A stretch of DNA of 63,215 bases, filler included, from Chlamydiia bacterium (lineage in GTDB: Bacteria > Chlamydiota > Chlamydiia > Chlamydiales > FEN-1388), in NCBI GenBank assembly GCA_903848235.1. It is 11 parts of 11 records of this genome, joined end to end, with 100 filler letters (N's around TTAATTAATTAA, not from the genome) between each part and the next. Parts side by side here need not be neighbours in the genome. Positions count along the whole stretch, not along the records: positions 37,093 to 42,970 come from CAINFV010000076.1; positions 43,071 to 44,639 come from CAINFV010000077.1; positions 44,740 to 48,966 come from CAINFV010000078.1; positions 49,067 to 59,935 come from CAINFV010000080.1; 7 more parts are not named here. One strand, written 5' to 3'. Positions within the stretch are counted from its first letter, which is position 1, and each line of letters starts with the position of its first letter. Positions 39,015 through 49,611 of this stretch are shown here, one piece after another. The notes below the pieces were generated by a model. It saw nothing but the letters and a program-made list of their open reading frames with translations. It was not told where the DNA came from and did not search any database. The position numbers and the translations under genes were made by a program.

Positions 39015-40922
39015 TCACTCCATGTCTAATCGGGTAAAAGGGCTTTCCTCTCCAGCGATGTTAACAGCGCGGACGCTATAGCGGTGATCGAGGAACTTCT
39101 TATAGTCGTGGAGGTGATCTTTGTAATAGTCTTTTGGATGCAGGCTCTTTTTAAAATGAAGTTTTTTTGTGGTGTAGATCTTTTTGTTGTCTTTGAAAAT
39201 CTGATACTTGACCTTCCCTGGTGAGTGGCTTCGTTTCCACTCTGTTGTTAGTTTCAGGTGGTGATGATGTTTATGGATCTTCCCTCGGAAATGGTGAGGG
39301 CGTTTGAGGCTAGAAGACGATTGGATGGTGATGACCTGTTCGAAATGAGCATTGTCAAACGAACCGTTATTGCTGACCGTCTGGCCAGTGAACGTTTGTA
39401 CTACGGAAGTTCCTGCGGAGTTGGTAACCGTCAGGCCTACCGTGTATGTTCCCCCTTGAGCGTAGGTATGAGAAACGGTTGGGCCTGTAGTCGTCACATC
39501 CGGCGAGCCATCGCCAAAATTCCAAACATACTGGACGATTGTCCCAACAGCTGTCACTGACCGTGAGGCATCAAAAGCCGTTGGTGATTCTGCCATGCTA
39601 ACGGTAACTGAAAACTCAGCAGCAGGAGATGGGTCAGGTGTGATGGCGACATAAGCTGGAGTATCATGTACGTTTGACAGAGGGACGATTGTTGTAAGGG
39701 CTGGTGGATCTTCAATGAGATCGATCACCGCAACACCACTCCCAGAGACCGCAACATACGCCGTTTTTCCATCTGGAGCGATGGCGATGCCATCTGGGGT
39801 ATTAGTTCCCAAATCGATTGTTTGAACAATGGCCTTTGTTGCAGTGCTAATTTGGGCAACACTGTTTGTCTGTGGCAGCATAGAATATTCAGCTTCTGCT
39901 ACATAAACAAAGTTTCCGTCAGGACTGATGGCGATGCTATTGATGGTCAGGTTGGTTGGGATAGATTGAGGAAGGAGTATATCAGTCGACGTATCAATGA
40001 TGTAAACGGTTTGGTTGGCTACAACATATGCCTCATTTCTATTAGGTGAAATGGCGATTTGCGAGGGGAGATCAGGTATGGTAACGCTCTTCGTCCCTCC
40101 CCCTTGGGTGTATACGGTGACAGATCCACTCCCTTTATTAGCTGTATAGATTTTTGTCCCATCAGGGGTGATGGCGATGCCTTCTGGATAATTACCTGTA
40201 GAGAACACAGTTCCTTCGAAGGTGTTTGTTGCGACGGGAATTCGCCCGACGACATTATCTGCCCCGAGGGTTGGGAAAACTGTCAGTCCATTAGGTGAAA
40301 TCGCGAGGAAACCGCTATCCTGATGCCCATCGCATTCAATAGCTGTTGGTATATTGAGAATAAGATCGATAGCATTTACGTATGTGTTTATAGCTTTAGG
40401 TTGTGCTGCTAGTAATGATCCGCTATCTCCAACATACGCAGTTCTTCCATCAGGTGTAATGGCGATGCCCCTAGCTGCCCTTTGTAGGAGAGTTAGGGCT
40501 CCCTTGAGGGTGTTGTCAGCAAGATCTATATACCAAGCCATTGGCAGCCAAATTTGTGGGGAAACTAGACTTCGGCCAGACACATAGGCAAGCCAATTCC
40601 CTTGGTAGGTATACCGATCTGCTGGTGTGGCAGGAGAGGTGTCCGCTCCTACTGTAACGGAAATATGCACCGTTCCTGGAACGGACTGTGGTGTTTGTAC
40701 GGTAATCTGCGTGTCAGAACTAGTGACGATTGTTCCTGACGTCGGACCAAATTTCACATCAGACACGCCAGTAAACCCAGTTCCTGTAATGGTGACGGTT
40801 TCTCCTCCAGCAGCAGGTCCAAAGTTCGGGCTTACTAGGGTTACTGCGGGAGCCCCGAGCAACCAGTTGACAGAGAGCGTAAAGGAAAAAAACAGCGGCA
40901 ACAGCGACTTAGATAGCGACAT
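39015..40922 (-). CDS. Secreted IPT/TIG + YVTN-type beta-propeller + PKD protein with His/Lys-rich C-terminal domain
   Basis: Signal peptide; P..GP.AGG..VTITGTGF (IPT); repeated GIAITPDG; WNFGDG..HTY..GTYTV (PKD). Confidence 0.88.
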   Translation of the reverse strand: MSLSKSLLPLFFSFTLSVNWLLGAPAVTLVSPNFGPAAGGETVTITGTGFTGVSDVKFGPTSGTIVTSSDTQITVQTPQSVPGTVHISVTVGADTSPATPADRYTYQGNWLAYVSGRSLVSPQIWLPMAWYIDLADNTLKGALTLLQRAARGIAITPDGRTAYVGDSGSLLAAQPKAINTYVNAIDLILNIPTAIECDGHQDSGFLAISPNGLTVFPTLGADNVVGRIPVATNTFEGTVFSTGNYPEGIAITPDGTKIYTANKGSGSVTVYTQGGGTKSVTIPDLPSQIAISPNRNEAYVVANQTVYIIDTSTDILLPQSIPTNLTINSIAISPDGNFVYVAEAEYSMLPQTNSVAQISTATKAIVQTIDLGTNTPDGIAIAPDGKTAYVAVSGSGVAVIDLIEDPPALTTIVPLSNVHDTPAYVAITPDPSPAAEFSVTVSMAESPTAFDASRSVTAVGTIVQYVWNFGDGSPDVTTTGPTVSHTYAQGGTYTVGLTVTNSAGTSVVQTFTGQTVSNNGSFDNAHFEQVITIQSSSSLKRPHHFRGKIHKHHHHLKLTTEWKRSHSPGKVKYQIFKDNKKIYTTKKLHFKKSLHPKDYYKDHLHDYKKFLDHRYSVRAVNIAGEESPFTRLDME

Positions 40923-41008
40923 GAAGACCTCCTCCAAAAATACATAATTAATTTTACTTGTATCGAGGAGTGGGGATTTATGTCTATGTCGAAAAATTGA
41001 ATATGCAC

Positions 41009-41043
41009 CCTTAACCCTTATCCAGAGTGGATAAGGGTTAAGG
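41009..41043. terminator. Perfect 16-bp stem hairpin between the tandem paralogs
   Basis: CCTTAACCCTTATCCA-GAG-TGGATAAGGGTTAAGG. Confidence 0.6.
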
Positions 41044-41071
41044 CATGCAGCAGGAGATCAGGAAGTGACGA

Positions 41072-42970
41072 TCACTCCATGTCTAGGTGGGTAAATGGAC
41101 TGGTCTGCCCGGCGGCGTTGACAGCGCGGACGCTATAGCGGTGCTCGAGGTACTTTTTATAGTCGTGGAGGTGATGTTTGTAAAAGTCTTTTGGATGCAG
41201 GCTCTTTTTGAAGTGAAGTTTTTTTGTGGTGTAGATCTTTTTGTGGTCTTCAAAAATTTGATACTTGATCTTCCCTGGTGAGAGGCTTTGTTTCCACTCC
41301 GTTGTTAGTTTCAGGTGGTGATGGTGTTTAAGGATCTTCCCACGGAAATGGTGAGGACGTTTGAGAGGGTTTGAAGGAGATTGGATGGTGATGACCTGTT
41401 CGAAATGAGCATTGTCAAACGAACCGTTATTGCTGACCGTCTGGCCAGTGAACGTTTGTACTACGGAGGTTCCTGCGGAGTTTGTTACCGTCAGTCCTAC
41501 CGTGTATGTTCCCCCTTGAGCGTAGGTATGGGAAACCGTTGGAGTTGTTGTTGTCTCTTCTGACGAGCCATCGCCAAAATTCCAAACGTACTGGACGACC
41601 GTTCCAACCGCCGTTACAGATCGTGATGCATTAAAAGCCGTCGGTGATCCTGCAGCGCCAGCGGTAACCGAAAACTCAGCAGCAGGGGATGGGTCAGGGG
41701 TGATGGCGATGAACCCTATGTTAGCTTCTGTTACAAAGGGAATCGTCTGTACGACCGCAGGCGGATCTTGTGTGAGGTCGATGACTTTGACGGTGAATAT
41801 TAATTGATCGTTTTGGGCAACAACAACGTATGCTGTTTTCCCATCTGGAGCGATGGAGATTCCTATAGGAGGCGTCGTGCCGCAATCGATGGTATTGTCT
41901 ATTTGCTTTGTGGAGCAGTTAATTTGGTACACGGTGGGTAAATTGTTGTCTCCTATATACACAAATCTGCCGTCCGGGGAGATTGCTATTCCCAGGCAGT
42001 TGGTTGCTCCAGGTATAGAGATAGTCGACTTCCGTTCATCTGACAAGGTGTCAATGACATATACCTGATTACTACGAGAAGTTACATACACCTCGCTTCC
42101 GTCTGGAGTAATAGCAATGAGAAAAGGATTGTCGGGTAAAGTAATAGTTTTTGGGAGAATCCCTTCTTCAAAAACAGTGGCGGAAGACCCATTGGAATTT
42201 GCAACATAGATTTTTTTTCCATTAGGCGAAACTGCAATCCCATATGGATAGTTGCCGGTGGGAGAGAGCGTTGTTGGAAGGAGTGTCCGCGTGGCAACAT
42301 CGATTAGCCCGACTTCATCCTCACCCAAAAAAGTTGGGTAAACAGTCGTGCCATCTGGAGCAATTGCGACACAAGGGCTGTTCATGTGATCATTGCATTT
42401 AATAAACGTTGATGTTTTGAGAATGACATCAATAGCATTTACGTATGTGTTTGCTGAAACTTTAGGTTGTGTGGCCGCTTTTTCGTTGCCTCGATCTCCA
42501 ACATACACGGTCCTTCCATCAGGCGTAATGGCAATTCCTCCAGGGGCGAATTGCTGTAAAAGAGAGATGTCCCCCTTGATCTGGTTGTCGGCAAGGTTTA
42601 TGTACCAGGCCGTTGGTGTATCGGACATCTGTTCTTCTTGGATTACGCCAGACACATAGGCAAACCAATTTCCTTGGTAGGTATACCGGTCTGCCGGTGT
42701 TGTAGGAGAGGTGTCCGACCCCACTGTAACGGAAATATGCACCGTTCCTGGAACGGACTGTGGTGTTTGTACGGTAATCTGCGTGTCAGAACTAGTGACG
42801 ATGGTTCCTGACGTCGGACCAAATTTCACATCAGACACGCCAGTAAACCCAGTTCCTGTAATGGTGACGGTCTCTCCTCCAGCAGCAGGTCCAAAGTTCG
42901 GGCTTACTAGGGTTACTGCGGGAGCCCCGAGCAACCAGTTGATGGAGAGTGTAAGGGAAAAAAACAGGGG
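41072..42970 (-). CDS. Tandem paralog of 39015-40922 (IPT + beta-propeller + PKD), start cut by contig end
   Basis: Near-identical IPT and PKD/C-terminal regions, divergent propeller. Confidence 0.88.
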   Translation of the reverse strand, partial: PLFFSLTLSINWLLGAPAVTLVSPNFGPAAGGETVTITGTGFTGVSDVKFGPTSGTIVTSSDTQITVQTPQSVPGTVHISVTVGSDTSPTTPADRYTYQGNWFAYVSGVIQEEQMSDTPTAWYINLADNQIKGDISLLQQFAPGGIAITPDGRTVYVGDRGNEKAATQPKVSANTYVNAIDVILKTSTFIKCNDHMNSPCVAIAPDGTTVYPTFLGEDEVGLIDVATRTLLPTTLSPTGNYPYGIAVSPNGKKIYVANSNGSSATVFEEGILPKTITLPDNPFLIAITPDGSEVYVTSRSNQVYVIDTLSDERKSTISIPGATNCLGIAISPDGRFVYIGDNNLPTVYQINCSTKQIDNTIDCGTTPPIGISIAPDGKTAYVVVAQNDQLIFTVKVIDLTQDPPAVVQTIPFVTEANIGFIAITPDPSPAAEFSVTAGAAGSPTAFNASRSVTAVGTVVQYVWNFGDGSSEETTTTPTVSHTYAQGGTYTVGLTVTNSAGTSVVQTFTGQTVSNNGSFDNAHFEQVITIQSPSNPLKRPHHFRGKILKHHHHLKLTTEWKQSLSPGKIKYQIFEDHKKIYTTKKLHFKKSLHPKDFYKHHLHDYKKYLEHRYSVRAVNAAGQTSPFTHLDME

Positions 42971-43209
42971 NNNNNNNNNNNNNNNNNNNNNNNNNNNNNN
43001 NNNNNNNNNNNNNNTTAATTAATTAANNNNNNNNNNNNNNNNNNNNNNNNNNNNNNNNNNNNNNNNNNNNGGCACCCAGTTGCGGCCACGTGTACCCTTC
43101 TTCGGCCCCTGGCAGGCTGCCGGCGTGCAAGTCGGTGAGGCGATCATCGCCATTGGGTTCCTGTTATTGATCCCCTACCGGCGTACCAAAGAAACGATCG
43201 AGAAATAGC

Positions 43210-43233
43210 AACGCCCCTTACGGGGCGTTTTTT
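43210..43233 (+). terminator. Rho-independent terminator after a partial gene (43071-43208)
   Basis: AACGCCCC-TTAC-GGGGCGTT followed by a T-run. Confidence 0.75.
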
Positions 43234-43271
43234 AACCCAGACTGATCAGGCGGGCATTTCCAGCTTAATAA

Positions 43272-44382
43272 CTGATGTTACGCAGCCTTGAGAAGTTGGA
43301 GCTCATCGTAGGCAACGCGAATGGCCTTGAGGTACAAATGAGAACGCAAGGCGAAATGGTTGAGATGGCGCTTTATCTTGAGACACTCCAGTTTGAAGAA
43401 AGCATAAAGAACAGCAAAGACATGGTTATTCTGGGTGACGACTCTGCGGACGGGCGCTTTGCCCAAGGCAGCATTGTGTTTGAGTGATTTGTGGAAGACT
43501 TCAATCGGCCATCGTTTTTGATAGGTCGTTTGAATGAACTCCCGTGTCACCGTTGTGTCGCTGCAAGCAAGATAGAGAATTCCTGTGCTGCCATCCTTAT
43601 TAGTGAAGATTTGGCGCACGAGTAGTACAGGAAAAGGTACGTCTTTGAGCCAGCCTGTAAACATGCTCTCTTCTTGCCAGGGCAGATCTTCAATCGAAGT
43701 GAAACGGTTGTCTTGAGCGTCTTCCGCACTTATGGCAGCCAGGCGATTGCCTTTCAGGGCGCAGATGAAATCCTTTGCGAATGTTTCTTTGATGTAAATC
43801 ATGTTTTCTTTGGATGAAAACCAGATATCGAACAAGACAAAGCGAAACAACAGTTTATTGCGCACACAAACATCCAACATAGCTCTCATCAATTCGTTCT
43901 TCGTGACCAAACTGGCACGCTTCAGTTTATGTGTTTTGAGATCACAATATTCGATCGGCTTTTTGATCAACTCAAATGCCACCGGAATGGAGATGTCTTC
44001 TACGTGATACAGGCAATTGAGCAGGTTGAAACCCTGTACCGCCCGACCTTTACTATGATCATAATGCCAACACATTACTTCGTTTTCGTCCGTATATGGC
44101 TTCTCTTGAATGGTGTCGTCAAAGATCAAAACCGCATCTTCCCGTTCTACCTTGCGAACCGTGGCTTTGACTTCTTGCCACAAATCCTTTGACGTGTACT
44201 CTTCACCAGACAGAAAACGAGTAACTTGGTCGTGGCTAACTTGTCCATTTACCATCGCTGAAAGACCGGTTGCTGTGGCATATCCAAAGGTGCTGAGTAA
44301 ATAATCTGTGTACAGTTCTAGATTCTCTTTATCCATGCTCGAATCTTACCCGATCCCGTTCACGCTCGCTGCGTAACATCAG
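43272..44382 (-). mobile_element. Complete IS701-family element
   Basis: Terminal inverted repeats CTGATGTTACGCAGC / GCTGCGTAACATCAG flanked by the direct repeat TTAATAA on both sides. Confidence 0.92.
43278..44336 (-). CDS. IS701-family transposase
   Basis: YTDYLL..ATATGLS..SHDQVTRFL, IFDDT, LFDIWF, YQKRWPIEVFHKSLK. Confidence 0.93.
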   Translation of the reverse strand: MDKENLELYTDYLLSTFGYATATGLSAMVNGQVSHDQVTRFLSGEEYTSKDLWQEVKATVRKVEREDAVLIFDDTIQEKPYTDENEVMCWHYDHSKGRAVQGFNLLNCLYHVEDISIPVAFELIKKPIEYCDLKTHKLKRASLVTKNELMRAMLDVCVRNKLLFRFVLFDIWFSSKENMIYIKETFAKDFICALKGNRLAAISAEDAQDNRFTSIEDLPWQEESMFTGWLKDVPFPVLLVRQIFTNKDGSTGILYLACSDTTVTREFIQTTYQKRWPIEVFHKSLKHNAALGKAPVRRVVTQNNHVFAVLYAFFKLECLKIKRHLNHFALRSHLYLKAIRVAYDELQLLKAA

Positions 44383-44418
44383 TTAATAAAATGAAATTGA
44401 TCGGACAGACTCGCCAAC

Positions 44419-44639
44419 TCAGACTTGCTGCAGCACGAGCACTTCTTCGCCCAGCATATCCGTCACTTTGACCGCAACGGTTGCGCCCGGGGCGGCTTGC
44501 ACCACATACTTCCCCAGCACCAGATCATTCTTCTTTTCAGGGACATCCGAGAGGGTGATATTGAAGATATTGCCAGCGTAGGCGGAGTCGATCATGATGC
44601 TATCGACCATGGAGCGCCAATCTTCAATGTGCGGTTGAA
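44419..44639 (-). CDS. C-terminal fragment of a site-specific DNA methyltransferase-type protein
   Basis: DWRSMVDSIMID..Y.G..F.I...DVPEKKNDLV...VAVKVTDMLGEE tail, recalled from N4/N6 methylase C-termini; truncated by contig end. Confidence 0.55.
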
Positions 44640-44739
44640 NNNNNNNNNNNNNNNNNNNNNNNNNNNNNNNNNNNNNNNNNNNNTTAATTAATTAANNNNN
44701 NNNNNNNNNNNNNNNNNNNNNNNNNNNNNNNNNNNNNNN

Positions 44740-47700
44740 ATTGCTCGCCTAACAAAATTTCTTGCAAACATAATAAAGTCAACCCAACCTCCCAGGTTAG
44801 AACTCTACCCTCTAGAGAGAAAAAAGGTACCCACAACTTACATCTGTCACAAGTCCATGTTCTGTACTTGAATCTTAATAGAAGTAGAATAGCAACTCAA
44901 CGACTAAGACTATTTGTATACAGATACAACGACTTACTTAAGAGTCAGGACATTCCTTTGATCTGCTTATTACAAGAGCCCCCTCCAAGCGAGCTAAATA
45001 AACCTCCCCAAGGATATGTTTCCCTTTTCCATCCTCCCGAGGACAGCTCAGAAACAAACAGGTGCAGATCAACAATTTGGGCTCCCTCATCCGCAAATCC
45101 AGTCTTCATCGCTCAGTTGTCCACCAAAGATAGAGCAGCGGCTAGAATCGCTACTTCCCACTCGGTCGTCTCCCTCTTTTCAGTGTACATACCGAAAACA
45201 AGCAATAACAATAGTCAATTCCCCCCCACCCAGATTCTTGAACCCCTTGTAGGCGCACATCTCTCCTCAGCCATAATAGCTGGAGACTTAAACTCGAACA
45301 GCATTCTTTGGAACTCGCCCAAAACTTGCCCTCGAGGGGAATGGATAGAAGAATTCGCACTAACTAACAACCTGATAGTGGCAAACGATGCGTCCACAAT
45401 GCCAACTTTCTCGAGCTCAACAGGATCCTCATTTATTGACGCAGCGCTGCTTTCAGAATCCCTTTTCAGAAACCAAACCTCTTGGGAAATTCTGCCGCAA
45501 GATGAATTCGGATCAGACCACAGGGGAGCAATTTTCTCCATCAATATTGCAGGCTCTCCACCTGCCACAAAAGAACGAAATGACTGGATAAAATCTGTGG
45601 ATAAAGACACTTACAGAAATAAACTTCAAGAAAGCTTCCCTGATTTCTGCAGAGATTTTAACCCTGAAAGCTTAACATCAAAATCTGAGATTGATAAAGC
45701 CGCCAATAACATACGAAACCTTATATTGGACGCAGCAAGGAAAAGCCTGTCCTCAAAATCCCGCCCGCCCAGAGCTCAGCAACCATGGTGGTCCAACCAA
45801 CTCGAAGACCTCTACAGACAAAAGCAAGAAGCAAAAGCAGTACTCAAACAAAACAGCAACCCAGAAGCTAAGCAACTATTCCTCACAATTTCAAAAGATC
45901 TAAAACGGGAGTTTGACAGGTCTAGAAGAAGTCATTTCCAAAGTCTCTGCAACAAGATGGAAAAGCCATGGAAATTATACAAAATACTTTCAAGAAAAAG
46001 GCCTTTAGGGGGCCATATTACTTTGGCAGACCACAACGGCAATCCAATCATAACTGATCCAGATAAGAATGCAGCAGAGTTACTAAACCTTTTCTTTCCT
46101 GATGACGATCTAAACTCTGAACGCCCATGTCACCAGGAAGTCAAGAACTTTGTTGCCTTCAAAACTAAGGAGAGTACTCCTCTCTCACCCATCAGCAAAA
46201 TCACAAAGACTGAAATACACACAGCCTTCTCCGCTCTAAAGCCTTATTCTTCCTCTCCGGACTCCCTCCCAGCAGCCTTCATTCAGTGGTCCCTCGATCT
46301 CCTTGCATCTCCCCTGGCCGAGCTTTTCAATGCGTGTCTCGAACTATCATACTTCCCCAATGCATGGAAAGCAGGGACACTGCTCACCATACCTAAGGAA
46401 TCATCAAAAGTTGACAGATCCAGCCACAAATCCCAGCGCCCAATCACTTTGCTTCCAGTATTAGGCAAAGGCCTCGAGAAAATTCTACTTGAACGCTTCA
46501 ACAGCATGAACATCAAATGGCACAACACAGCGCAGCGGGGTTTTATCAAAGGCTCAAGCACAGAAGCTGTCCTACACGAAGTACACAAAGTTATCCAGTC
46601 TAATCTGGCCCACACTCACGACATGGTAGCTGCCATCTCACTTGATATCTCAGCGGCTTTCGATAGAGCCTGGCATCCAGCCATTTTGAAAAATCTCATT
46701 GATAAAGGCATGCCCATGCAATATGTCAAACTGATTCAGAATTATCTTTCCGATAGAAATATTTCACTAACCTATGGTGGGGGCACAGCCATCAAAACCC
46801 TTACTCGATCTACACCACAAGGAGCAGTTCTTTCTCCCTTCCTATGGAACATTTTCCTGGACACCCTCTTAGACAAGCTCACAAAGTACAATGTCTTTCC
46901 TCGCTTTCTGGACACTTTCGCCTGGGCAGACGATGTCCTTCTTCTGTTTCCCTTCAGCAGACACGAGATTGGAAAGCTCAAAGACTCCGTAACCATCATT
47001 CTAGGAGAAGCAGCCACCTGGGCACAAGAAAATAAAGCATCATTTGGGGAAAATAAAACCAGACTAATGACTTTCTACAAAGCAAATCTCCCCTCAATAG
47101 ACCTCCAACTCTCAGCGCACAATTTTGGAGTAATTAAACAAGTCAGCGAACTCAAATTCCTCGGAGTCATTTTCGATGAAAAACTCACCTTCAAAGCTCA
47201 TCTGGAAAAAGTCTGCAGCAAAGCCCGATCCATACTATTCTCTTTAAGATCGTGCGCTAAATCTAATTTCAACGTACCCTCTTCTCACTTTGCAACCATC
47301 TACATGGGAGCAATCCTGCCTAAACTTTTCTACGGACTACCCACATGGTTCACAGTCTTTGAAATCAAATCAAGTATGGATAAAATTACCAAGACCCTCC
47401 GTCTAGGAGCACTGCTAATAGTCAAATGTCAAAAATCGGTCTCTTCGGAGGTCTTATTTCCATTGGCAGATATCTTGCCACCCAGACTCCTCGTCATGCG
47501 AGAAACTGCTAGGCGCTTCCTGTCGATCCTCTCCTCTGTCTTCTACAGCGAAGCTCACTTATATGAACTGCTAAACCCGGCAACAGACCACTCATACACC
47601 TTAAACACACTTCTCACTAACAAACTCAATCTCCCCCAGGACCTCCTCACTTCCTTCTACCACGACTCGAAAACTCGAATTGAAACTGAACCTTGGCACA

Positions 47701-48966
47701 GACAAAGAATCAGAGTTACACTCGATGGCTCTGAACATATCGCCGAATGCAAACCTGGGGACCTGGTAGCGTACTCCGATGGGTCTAAAACAGAAGAAGG
47801 GACAGGAGCAAGTGCGATCCTCTACCAATACCCAAACCTTGACAACCCAATCGACTCAACTTCCATTACTCTCCCCCCGTGGTCCACAGTATACTAAGCA
47901 GAAGTAGAAGGAATCTCCAATGTCCCGTCTATGTGCTCCAAAGTCCTAGGCAAACTTGCCACTCAGCCTAGTAGATGCCTGCTGTTTGTGGATAATCAAG
48001 CCGCCCTACATGGAATCAAATCCCCCTGGAAAGCTAAATACCAACGTATCAAAGAAGTCCATGGACTACTCTGTTCTCATGAACTCATTTTCGAGCTTCA
48101 CTGGGTAAAAGGTCACTCCAATGTAGCTGGTAACGAAGAAGCAGACTTGTTAGCAAAAGTAGGCGCAGCAGGCTGTGGCACCCACACCTCTATTGCTACT
48201 ACCAAAACTCAGATCCAATCAATAATAGATTCCCAAATACAGGGTTACCAAAGTCTCGAATGGACACCCGAAGTAGGCTCACTCACAGCTTCCCTCTTCC
48301 CGACTTTCAAATCGATCAAATCTTTTGCGAAACTCACCTTCCCACGAAAACCAAAAGCTTGCGTTGATGCAGAAGACTCGCGAGACTGCTATAGAGCTCG
48401 TAGGCTAGTTTCAGGACGGTTTCCAACTAACGATCTCCTACACAAATGGAAACTATGCCCATCACCTACCTGCCATTGGTGCGGTGTAGAGCAAGACTCC
48501 ATTGCACACTTCATTCTTCACTGCAGCTTCCAAGGCGTTGCACGGACTAAGCTCGTCAACAATATCGGATTTTACCCACACACGATTGCAGACCTTCTGG
48601 GAAGGCGAGAACATATTGTCGCACTGGAACTATTCATTAAAGAAGCAGAGGAGCTTCAGGATCTCTATATCAACGAAACTACAAATACGCAGACTTAGTT
48701 TCCAGTCTAATATAGCAACAATGACTTAAGTAACTACTGTATGCTTGTCTGTTCTTAGCTATATCACCATGCCACAGATGAACATAAAAAATTCCATTTA
48801 GCTCCCGAGCCCTTAAAGGGACCAGCGAGGAGTTATCTGGCTATGTATATATATTATATAATTGTTACCACCACACCGGGCTGGGCAGTAAAAATGGAAA
48901 ATTCGCAAGTGTATGAATGCGTTGTAAAAGAATCTTTTCATGTCGGTGGGGTTCCAGTGACGACAC
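44740..48966 (+). mobile_element. Eukaryotic non-LTR retrotransposon (APE endonuclease-RT-RNase H-CCHC; R1/I-like)
   Basis: Whole contig, with strongly A/C-rich sense strand; domain order diagnostic of LINE ORF2. Confidence 0.9.
44868..48698 (+). pseudogene. LINE ORF2 polyprotein interrupted by one in-frame TAA at 47895-47897
   Basis: APE motifs LQEP, AGDLN, IDAA, SDH; RT motifs RPITLL, QRGF, LDISAAFD, PQGAVLSP, WADD, KFLGV; RNase H YSDGSK, TVY*AE, DNQ, WVKGH..GNEEAD; CHWC..H..C zinc knuckle; ORF 47931-48698 continues in the same frame. Confidence 0.9.
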
Positions 48967-49067
48967 NNNNNNNNNNNNNNNNNNNNNNNNNNNNNNNNNN
49001 NNNNNNNNNNTTAATTAATTAANNNNNNNNNNNNNNNNNNNNNNNNNNNNNNNNNNNNNNNNNNNNA

Positions 49068-49155
49068 CGGAAGAGGTAGGATTCGAACCTACGGTCGGGG
49101 GTCACCCGACATCTGTTTTCGAGACAGACGCATTCGGCCACTCTGCCACTCTTCC
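49068..49155 (-). tRNA. tRNA-Ser(CGA)
   Basis: GGAAGAGTGGCAGAGTGG...TCTGT-CT-CGA-AA-ACAGA, long variable arm, GGTTCGAATCC; CCA not encoded. Confidence 0.95.
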
Positions 49156-49233
49156 ACAGGTCACAACGAATATTGTATGTGAGGCATTACCAGTATCACG
49201 TACAACTTTCCATGCGCTCTTTATAGGGGGCAA

Positions 49234-49319
49234 CGGAAGAGGTAGGATTCGAACCTACGGTCGGGTAACCCGACATCTGTTTTCAAGACAGACGCATTCG
49301 GCCACTCTGCCACTCTTCC
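49234..49319 (-). tRNA. tRNA-Ser(TGA)
   Basis: Same body as the neighbour, anticodon loop CT-TGA-AA. Confidence 0.95.
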
Positions 49320-49611
49320 ATATCAAGACCCACGATATTCTATGGATCAGAGCCAGCTCCGTCAATGGGTTTCATGTGTGAACGCCAGTTTCCAGCAAAT
49401 CGGACTGTGGTGAGAAATGATGGAATTCATCTTTTTCCGCGAAAGAAAAAAGGTTGCTCGGCTCATATATTGCTCGGAGCAGATTAGTTGACATAATGGT
49501 CGTTTCAAGCTATAAAAATTTTCTTTGCATTGGGTTTGTCGAACAAGCCACAAAAGTAAGTCCGTTGGGCCGTGAGTTCTCGTAACCATGTTTTACGAAA
49601 AGGCGATTAAG

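Noticed and set aside
47895..47897. TAA read as Gln (ciliate/hexamitid genetic code)
   Set aside because: Only one internal TAA/TAG in over 1200 codons with many CAA/CAG; a single C-to-T nonsense change or consensus error is simpler.
44868..48698. Reverse transcriptase as a bacterial retron, DGR, group II intron or defence RT
   Set aside because: N-terminal APE endonuclease plus RNase H and CCHC knuckle is LINE architecture; no msr/msd, TR/VR pair or intron domain V was seen.
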